Part shown: in pieces, positions 50,924 through 64,000 of the stretch
Layout: each line of letters opens with the position of its first letter
How positions within the stretch are numbered: position 1 is the first letter of the stretch
Assembly (NCBI GenBank): GCA_951406725.2
Contig: OX597825.1
Span: forward strand, 47,926,001-47,990,000
Length of the DNA: 64,000 bases
Direction: 5' to 3'
Source of the DNA: Octopus vulgaris
Lineage: Eukaryota
Notes under the pieces: model-generated
What the model was told of the DNA's origin: nothing
The model's database searches: none
The model's input: the letters and a program-made list of their open reading frames with translations, nothing else
Position numbers and translations under genes: made by a program

Positions 50924-53281
50924 CTTAGTTAGGTCAGAATTGGGTAATGGCAAAACCATAAAAACAACAACATATATACAAATATTTCCATTAAAAATAA
51001 AATAAATAATTAAATGACTTCAAAAGTTTGTAATGCGTAGTTACGAAGTAAAATAGGCTTTTGACTTGTTACTTAGCTTTAAAATATTTCAATAATTAGA
51101 TAGAAAAGAATTGGTTTTCTTGTGAAAGCAAATAGTAGATGCAAAGATAGTAAAACGGCATTAACGTCATTACTTCATACTGTTTATTTTGAGTTTATAA
51201 ACCAAAATATTCAAAGAAAAGAAATAGTAATCTCAGAAGACTTTTTGTGAAATTATTTTCCTCCAGTATTCCCTCCTCAAGTGGCAGCTAAAACTGGAAG
51301 GAAATCTAAACATGCAAAAAGATCTACTATTTCCTGGGTTCTTATAGTAAATCACACCCTTCCTGTCTTTCATTTGTTCTTTAATATTTTATATTTTAAC
51401 TGAAGAAAATGTTATTTGTCAATTGCTGTTAAGTATTCACTGAGTATAAATACATGTGTTAATTAAAAATTAAGGAACATTATTAAAAAAATTGATTAAC
51501 TAATAATAATAATAATCCTCTCTTCTATAGCCATGAGGCCTGAAATTTTGGTGGTGGGAGTGAGTTGACTACATTAATGCCAGTTCTCAACAGGTTTTTA
51601 TTTGAACAAACTTGAAAGGATGAAATGATTAGTCAACCTTGGTAGCATTTGAACTCAGAATGTAAAAGCAAACGAAATGCCACTAAGCATTCTGCTCAGC
51701 ATGCTAATGATTGTTTGAGTTTGCTGTTTCAGTTGCTCAGCCCTTGCTAATTCCCAGTATATTTACAGTTCCAGTTTAAGCTTCCTGAGTAATAATGGAG
51801 GCACTTATTTCTTTTCGGCTTGTGAAAAGATATAATAAGTGGTACAAACATGAACCAAATACTGACTTGGACATATTTATCTGGAATATGCCCATGTAAA
51901 CTGAAGAGAGATCCAAACAAAGTGTCCTGCTGTAATTATCAAGGACTGGAATTAAAATACTTATATTCTAATAGACCTTTGATTAAAACATGGATGGAAG
52001 TAAAGTAATTGTAAAAGGATCAGGATTTTGAAATTGAAGTAAACAGATTGTGGGACATAACAGTGCAAAAGATGTCCATAATAATTGGATTATGAGATGA
52101 GGCGAAATTAATTTGAACAAAAACATACAAACAAATGTTATACTATCTAATTAGGTACATTGCCAAATTGTGCACAATATTCTTTCAATGTAACACACCT
52201 TAAACAGCAACCTTTCTCTACACACAACACATATACCCTATAGGATAACCCCTGTAAACTATAACAACTCACACAACACATCTACACAATCAAGCTTTGA
52301 TGAATTAATGATATTTTATAATACATTATTTTATGTCTTTGAAGAATTATTATATTTATACAAATGTTGGAATGAATTACTTTAAACACTAAAGGGTTAA
52401 TGTATGTTAGGAATGCATTGCTTGCCTTGCATTCGAACAGGAAACAACACTGTAATATAAACTTTGATAAAACTGTTGAAAACATGACTATGATGGTGGT
52501 GGTGGTTGTAGTAGTGGTGGTCAAGTTGGTGGTGATGGCAGTGGCAATAATGGCAATGGGGATAATGATAATAAGGTGGGGGGGTGACGATGATGATAAT
52601 GGTGTTAGTGTTGACAGTAGTCATGGAAATGATGATGATGGTAGTAGTGGTGGAGATTATGGTGGTGGTGGTGGTGGTGGTAGTGATGGTGGTGATGATT
52701 TCTTTTGCGTAGAAAGAAGATCAGTTTCTACAATGAAAGAAAGTGAGTGAATTCAGTGTATTAATTATGACAAATTAGTCAGTCACATGACTCATTTGTC
52801 ATGTGACAAGTTAGCATAGCATGTGACTGTACCCTAATGGAACATTAAAAATCTGAGGAGTCAGAAAATAGGTAATATGTCAAGTATTGCTGATTTCATT
52901 TGAAATCACTTTTGTACAATTATATCCTTGTCTTTTGACTTCCTTCCTTGAACAACAATATTACACACCTTTGTCAAGTGGACGTTTCACAACTTCCTAC
53001 TGAACTGTCCAGGAAATAAATGAAATTCCAACAGTGGACTTGTTTTGTTATTAACAATGGGGAGTGTATTTTATTAAGAGACTTAATCATAAACTAATAT
53101 TCAAGAGTTTTAACAGTTGGTTGACTTATTCCAGTTTCTGATAGATAGACAGACACACAGACAGATAGATAGATAGATAGATAGACAGATAGATAGACAG
53201 ATAGACAGACAGATAGACAGACATACAAATAGATAGATATAGACTGATTGATAGATAGAGAGATAGACTGACAGACAGATT

Positions 53282-53374
<93 letters not shown>

Positions 53375-55319
53375 GCTGAATGACAGATTTCATTATTGTA
53401 CTTTTCTATACTTTCATGACATCAATATACTGAAATATATCCAACACTGCTACAAAGTAATACTGAAATTAAGTTAAATATTTTCAATATCTCCAGGGCA
53501 TCATATTTAGTGAACATGTTTCTTAGTGTTCAGGCTGGAATGTAAATGCCACATGTGATGTCAACTGAACTGAAGTTATACAGTGCAATGATGGGTGGGG
53601 ATCAAATGCCTACCGTGTCAAATAAAATAGGATGTCTCACAGCATGTTTATTGGTGTGTAAGTATATGTTTGTGAATGTGTGTGTGTAACTGCATATCTA
53701 TTTTCTCAAATGTATGTAAGTATTCCCCTCTTACTGTTGTGTTCAACTTCTACAGCCAGGCTAGTGAACCATATAAAAGACATGACTTGTAGACAGAAAC
53801 ATGTATAATAATAAAAATGAGGAAAAGATTCATATAGTTTTCAAGTGGCTGTAATTAAGATGGTAATGTATTCTCTGATCAATCTAGCACCCTCCACTTT
53901 GGCTGCATAACAACACTTTGGGAGCATACCACCTGTATCTCAAGAGTAAATAGTACAGGTGTCAACAGAAAGTGTGTGTCAAGCAGGAGTATCAATAAAA
54001 GACAAGACTTCATTAATCAGTTCATAATATTAACTGAACTAATCCTTACCTAATCTACAGAAGGCAAGACCTTCTACTGTGATAATGTGAATTTCTATAA
54101 AACATAACCTGCCCATTTCCACATCAAGCCAACCAACTGGCTTACTTAATCTAGCTTTAATATGAGTAGCTGGAAAACTGGTTTTTATCTCTATCTCTAA
54201 CAAATAAAGAGCACTATAAAAGGAACAGACCAGATTGTAATAGGGGCAACGTTTGAATGTTTGAAGTGCAATGATCATGTCTGTGGCAACAATAGCATAT
54301 TGAGTGTATACAAGTAATGTGATCTAAATGACAATTCCTTGGTTATAATGCAACACAACTGCAATGTTCTTTTACAATTAAGAACATAATGTAGTCTATT
54401 TTATGACATTATAGTTCAAGATCTAACTTGATTACGGGAACTAGCATTGAGATTCTATTGTTTTGTGACATATTTCTTTTGATATTAGTGGTACTAATAT
54501 ATAGTTATCAATGGGGGTGTAGACCAAGAGACAAATAGAGACTACAGGTGATAGGGAGATATGGTGCTATAGACAGACTGGGAGAGGCATAGAAAGATAG
54601 AGAGAGGGATAGGTACTGAGAAAGGGTGGGAGAGGATATAACACAGAGAGAGTGGGGCAGAGAGAGTCAAACAGAAATATGGAGAGAAAGACAAACATTA
54701 AGTTGGGGCAGATAGGGAGAGAGAGAATGATAGATAAAGGAATACAGATGCGGTGAGAGAGAGACAAAAAGAAATATGGAGAAAGAGAATCATAGACATT
54801 GAGTGAGATATGAGGATACAGACTTCATGGACAGACAGACAGACATGAAGAGAGGTTGGGGGAGTTAAATGTAGAAGTGCCTGATGATAACTATTCTTGG
54901 GTGGAGTGGTGAGGTTGTTTTCTTATAACTCATCCAACCATAATGCATGTCACATCAATCTCAGGCATGTCTTCACTTCAAATGGTTGTTCTTTTACTGA
55001 CAAAAAATCAAAAATTCTGTTTCTTGGTTTATCATCACCACATGGCTATGGCATGGTAGAGTGAGAAGACTAATAAAAAATTAAAGTTAAAGTTATCTCT
55101 AAGCAATCCTTCAAGCTCTGTTCATGCATTGATGTATTTAAGAACCAGGATGAGTATGAGAAAATGAGAAGAAATGAGAAGAAAAAATCATGAAGATAGA
55201 TGCAAAATGTGAAACAAGAAGAAAGTATCCACAGTGCTGATTCCAAGTTATATATTATACAGCATTTTTTTAATATAAATAATGTTTCGTTACATGAGAA
55301 TGTTACCATCGTGTGTGCA

Positions 55320-56047
55320 GGGTGTCGATGTTGTTAAATAATGTAGTGATTGTTAATTTCCAATCTGTTGTTAATTTGGGGCCCTAGTCTGTCTATGAGG
55401 ATAGCTTCCTTAATTTTTAAATTTCCTAAATTTCTATCATTGGCCTCAATTGTGACTGTTATGTTTTTGTCGGCATTCTGGCATCTGTCTAGATATTTTC
55501 TGAAGGAGGAGGCCTGCGTGTTTAGAGATCCTTTGATGTGAATGTGTAATGGTCTTGTTGTGCTAGCCACATAGAAATTGTTGCATTTGTTACATTGGAT
55601 TCGATATACAATATTTACCTGTTGACATAAATCTGTGTCATGGATGGGGCAGTTAGCTAGTGTGCATTAATTGCTGTCCCTTGCTCGTTTCATTGCTAGG
55701 TGTCTTCTCAAAGAGGAGCTGGAATGGACTAGTTGTATGTCTAATCTTTCTCTTCTTATGGCTCTTCAAAAGGCTGTTGTTATCCTCTCACTAAAATGGG
55801 GTATTTTAAGGAAGCATGTGTTGCTGGGTTTTCTGTGTGTTTAGTGTGTTTGTCATCTCGAGTACTTAAGCTGATTCACAATGGATATAGGGTACCCATT
55901 GGTTTTCAATACATCTAGGATGTGTGCGGTGTGGGTCACCTTGTCCTCTGTCCTGCTGCACTTACTCTGGATGCATGCAAGTTCATTTCTGGCATATCCT
56001 ATTTTGGCAGCAAGTGGAAGGGCTGAATTGTAGTCTGTCTGTGTGTA

Positions 56048-56099
<52 letters not shown>

Positions 56100-56870
56100 A
56101 GTGAACAAATATATTTCTACTGGCTGCTTTCATGTGGAATTCGGTGTGTACCTCTCCTTCTTCTGTTATTTTCAGTTGGAAGTTGAGCAGCGATAGGGAT
56201 CCAGTGTTGTCGGGATGTTCTATAGTGAACCATATATTCATGTCCATGTTGTTGAATGTCATGAATATTCTGTCGGCCCCTTCATGTGAGGATGTGAGTA
56301 TGAGGATATCATCTATGTACCTGGTGAAGAAGGCGCATGAGTGACAGATGTTGAGTGCTCAACGTTCCATATGGTTCATATAAGTGATGGCAGTAGGTTT
56401 CCATGAGGCAACCTGTTGTCTGCTTGTAGGTGTGATCATGGGAAGAGAAGTAGCTGTGGTCCACGATGATGAACAATAGTTAGTGTATATCAGCTGCGGT
56501 GAGTCTGAAGCAATGGATGTCAGACGCTACTATGCAGTCAGTCAATAGGTTGACCGCCGAGTGTGCTGGTACCATTGTGTACATTGAGACAACGTCAAGA
56601 CTAAAGGCATATCTGTTTTGTCTGAGTTGGTCTGGGGGTCAGTTGGCCCAGTCTTTTGATGACCTCATCGGAGTTCTTGACATGTCCAGGAAAGGTGGAG
56701 AGTGCGGGTTTCAGGATGCCAGGATATTTTATATAGAGGAAAGTCAGCTGGAGGTGATGGGTCTAATCTGGGAAGTTCGACTTGTATTAGTTATGTAGCT
56801 GTCTCTGTCTACAAATGTCAGTCCAGGCAGTGTTAATTCGGTCTTCGATCCTGGTCACAGTTGTATCTCA
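55320..56870 (-). mobile_element. Decayed Penelope-like element (RT plus GIY-YIG endonuclease)
   Basis: FSLDVVSMYTMVP, YKQTTG, FTRYIDDI, FTIEHPD..SLSLL, and NIVYRIQCNKCNNFYVASTTRPL...KEAILI....PQIN. Interrupted by a microsatellite at about 56030-56097. Confidence 0.9.
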
Positions 56871-57087
56871 TGAGGAATTCCGGAAGGAACTTTGTGAGAC
56901 CACTGCAAGGATGTTTCCGACAGATTTCAGTAACCGTTGGAAAACCGACTATAACAGTGACTCCATTACTTCCTAGCAATATCTGAAGAAGGAATTTTTA
57001 TATTCCGAAATATTATATTGGACTATGAATAATCAAATTATTTATAACAGTTATTATAGTCCACTCTGCATTATTGTGCCATTCCAG

Positions 57088-57220
57088 AGACGTTAGGAAG
57101 GGCATCCAACTGCAGAAACTCTGCCAGATTAGATTGGAGCCTGGTGCTCGCCAGTCCTCAGTCAAACCGTCCAACCCATGCCAGCATAGAAAGTGGACGT
57201 TAAGCGATGATGATGATGAT
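57088..57220 (+). mobile_element. SINE 3' part with a (GAT)n tail (RTE-type tail, tentative)
   Basis: aggaagggcatccaactg...acccatgccagcatagaaagtggacgttaagcgatgatgatgat. Confidence 0.7.
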
Positions 57221-60950
<3,730 letters not shown>

Positions 60951-61050
60951 NNNNNNNNNNNNNNNNNNNNNNNNNNNNNNNNNNNNNNNNNNNNNNNNNN
61001 NNNNNNNNNNNNNNNNNNNNNNNNNNNNNNNNNNNNNNNNNNNNNNNNNN

Positions 61051-64000
61051 TATCTCTTTTACTCTTTTACTTGTTTCAGCCATCCGGCTGAGGCCATGCT
61101 GGGGCACCGCCCTTGTTGCTACCCTCTCTAAGTCCAGTTTGCCGTGGCTGGCCACTGATCTAAGAGAGAGTTTGTAGCTGCTGCCCTTAGGTTACCTTCG
61201 TACCTTGCAGTGGGTTCATCTGGGATCCCGGAAAGCAGCTTGTCTAGATGTTTTTTGAAAATGTCCACATCCGCATCATGTAGATCTCTTAGTTTTCTTG
61301 GCAGTTTGTTGAAAAGCTGAGGGCCCCTGAACCCCAGGCTATTACAGTATCTGCTCCTTACCCTGGATGTGGAAGACGGGACCTTTGGCACCACACAGTG
61401 ACGTCCTGTACGGGGATTGGAACAGCTCTCAATTCCAAAATTTGGTGCTAGTCCCTCCAGGATTTTCCATATGTATATCACTGCATATCTCTCTCGTCTT
61501 CGTTCCAAGGAGTACAAATTGAGTTCCCTAAGCCTCTCCCAATAGTTCTTTTCTTTCATGGTGGAAATCCTCTTGGTGAAATGTCTTTGGATTGTCTCAA
61601 GCTCTGTGGTTAGTTTGACACTATGCGGTGACCACAGTTGGGAGCAGTAGTCCAGGTGGCTTAGGACAAATGTCCTCCATAGTGTCAACATGTTCTCGCA
61701 GTCTCTTGTCCGGAATGTCCTCAGGATCCAGCCAGTGAGTCGTCTGCACATTGTCGCCACCTTCGCGATGTGTGAAGAAAAAGATGCATCGTCACTCATG
61801 TCTATCCCCAGGTCCCGTATTGATTTCGATACTGGGATTTCGATCCCTCCTGGACCAGTATAGTTGTGTTGTAATGTATATGTGTTTACAGCTTGATATT
61901 GTAAGGCTTGAAATTTGCCAGCATTAAATTGCATGTTGTTGTCTTCAGCCCATTTGTATATGGCATCCAGATCTTGTTGTAAAAGGTCAGCATCAGCTGG
62001 GTTTTTGATTGCCTGTGCTACCTTTGTGTCATCAGCATAGCTAGTGAGGGATGTTGTTTGTGCTACCAAGGGCATGTCAGAGAGCGCCACCAAAAACAGC
62101 AAGGGTCCCAAGACTGTGCCCTGTGGCACCCCGCTTGCTATTGGTGTCTTTCCCGAGAGGGCTCCATTGGCTGCAACCATCTGGCTTCTGTCCTTCAGGA
62201 AGTCATGTATCCACTCACCTACTTTTCCTGTTATGCCGAGTCTGAGTAATTTGTGACATATCACTCCGTGGTCGACTTTGTCAAAGGCCTTCGCAAAGTC
62301 GAGATATACCACATCCACCTGTGAGCGATCCAGTAGTTGTTTCAGTACCCAGTCGTAGTGTTGTAACAGCTGCGTAAGGCAGCTTCTTCCTGGGCGAAAG
62401 CCATGCTGTGTGTCAGTGAGACGGTTAGTTTCTTCGAGGAACGTGATCAGTTTTTTTCTGATGATTCGTTCCATGACCTTACTTATGTGTGACGTCAGGG
62501 AGACTGGCCTGTAGTTTTTGGCCTCTGCTCTACTCCCTCCTTTGTGGATAGGGCATATGGTGCCTTCTTTTAGCGCCCTGGGCAGTTTACCGTTAGCCAA
62601 GGAACCACTGAAGAGCTTCTTCAGTGGTCCCGCTAGGGCATGCCTGCATGTTTTTAGGAGGACTGCTGGGAATCCATCTGGTCCAGCAGCTGAGTTTATT
62701 CTCATTTCTTCTATGGCAGATATTACATCCCTCTCTGTTATGTCTATGTGGTCGATGGTTGTTGTTTGGTTTTGGAGTGTTGTGGCATCAAAGAAAACTT
62801 CTGGGTTTGTGATTTGCATGTGCCCCAGAGGGGATGTGAACACACTTTTATACTGTTCCTTTAGTATTTCACTTATCCCTTGGGGGTCCTCAGTTAGAGA
62901 GCCCTTTTTATCAAAGAGTGGGCCAATCTTGCAGTGTACCGAGGTGGTTTCTTTCGCAAATTTAAAGAAGGCTTTAGGGTTTGTTTTAATATTCTCTATG
63001 GCCCTGGCTTCTCTCTCTGCCCTCTCCTTCTCATAGGAAAGTTTGAGTGCAGTTTCCGTTTCAAAAAGTTTCAGGTGGAGTCCCTCATTGTTTCTCTGCC
63101 GTGCATTCAGTTGCTTCGAGAGCTTAGCTCTTCGCCTCATAAGTATTTTCCTGTCTCTGGGAATAACGTTCCTATGCCCGCTGGCTTTTTTCTCCGGGAC
63201 AAACTTATGGCATATGTTCTGTATTGTTGTCATGAAATGTTGGAAATGTGTGTTGGTGTCTTGTGTGGTGATGAAGTCACTCCAGTCATGTTTTCGGATC
63301 TCTTCGTTGATCTTCTTCCAGTTTGCCTTATGGAAGTTTAGACTGGATAGGCCTGTGGTATTTTCTAATGGCTGCGTCTCAACTAACTCTCTCATACCAT
63401 ATATCATTACCTCTACTAAGTTGTGATCTGAGAGAATTGTTGGTGTTACCATTATGTTGTGGATGAGCATCGGGTTGCTTGTGAAACAGAGGTCCAAGAC
63501 ATTCTCAATTCTTGTTGGCCAAAGCACTGCTTGCTCCATGAAAAACTTGCGTGTGAGAGCCAACAAGGACTCTGTCTGTCTCTGTTCAAGTGATGTCATT
63601 CCAGGGAGGAGATGGCCATCTGGCCATTTGACTTTCGGAAGGTTAAAATCTCCCAGCAGTAGAATGGTGTTACCCTGGTCCAGTTTGTCCAGGACTTCTT
63701 CTATTCTTCTGAGGCTATCTTTCAAACACTCCTTCATGACTAGGGGTGTCTGGTGGCCGATATGTGACACATATTACTATTTTCGGTTGTTTCATGTGTA
63801 CTATCAGTGTGTCACAGACTGAGTTTGAGTGTGTCAACAGTACTATGGGTGTGACATCTTCACGGACGTACAGGGCAACCCCACCATGAGTTCTTTCCTT
63901 CCTGTCCGACCGAAAAACAGCATACTTCGGTATGTGTATCTCTGCATCTGCTATACTGCTTGACAGGTGCGTTTCAGTCAGCGCTATGCATATTGCATGG
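61051..64000 (-). mobile_element. CR1/L2-group LINE ORF2 (APE endonuclease plus RT), nearly intact; continues beyond the window
   Basis: IALTETHL, RSDR..HGGVALYV and YRPP lie upstream in a different frame (frameshift at about 63725). Then LLGDFN, SDH, NYRPVSLTS, YLDFAKAFDKV, GVPQGTVLGP, YADD and LERRR, with the stop at 61128, a short 3' UTR and a (GTAAAAGA)n tail. Confidence 0.92.

Noticed and set aside
62044-63822. Several + strand ORFs
   Set aside because: Antisense shadows of the LINE ORF2.

Overview
AT-rich eukaryotic genomic DNA, dominated by repeats. The SINE, LINE and microsatellite content resembles an octopus (coleoid cephalopod) genome; that assignment is inference. The only host coding sequence I can support is two phase-compatible + strand exons (12787-12889 and 41228-41358) encoding the cysteine-rich module of an ADAMTS/ADAMTSL-family protein, joined across a 28.3 kb intron. 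Most of the rest is mobile-element sequence: R4/Dong-type RLE LINEs stacked in (TAA)n microsatellites, an RTE LINE, a Hero/NeSL-like fragment, a nearly intact CR1/L2-group LINE, a decayed Penelope element, mariner/Tc1 relics, Helitrons, several tRNA-SINE families and very long (TA)n arrays next to an N gap. The most interesting signals are RNA-structural. (1) Several minimal type I hammerhead ribozyme motifs of the Penelope-associated kind, including a tRNA-headed SINE carrying a hammerhead, an inverted tail and a 13-bp TSD, and a family with a natural G3:C8 core swap. (2) A LINE and a SINE family share a 3' tail whose hairpin shows compensatory changes. (3) A poly(A)-ended element that carries only ORF1. 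All alignments and translations were done by eye; family names need database confirmation.
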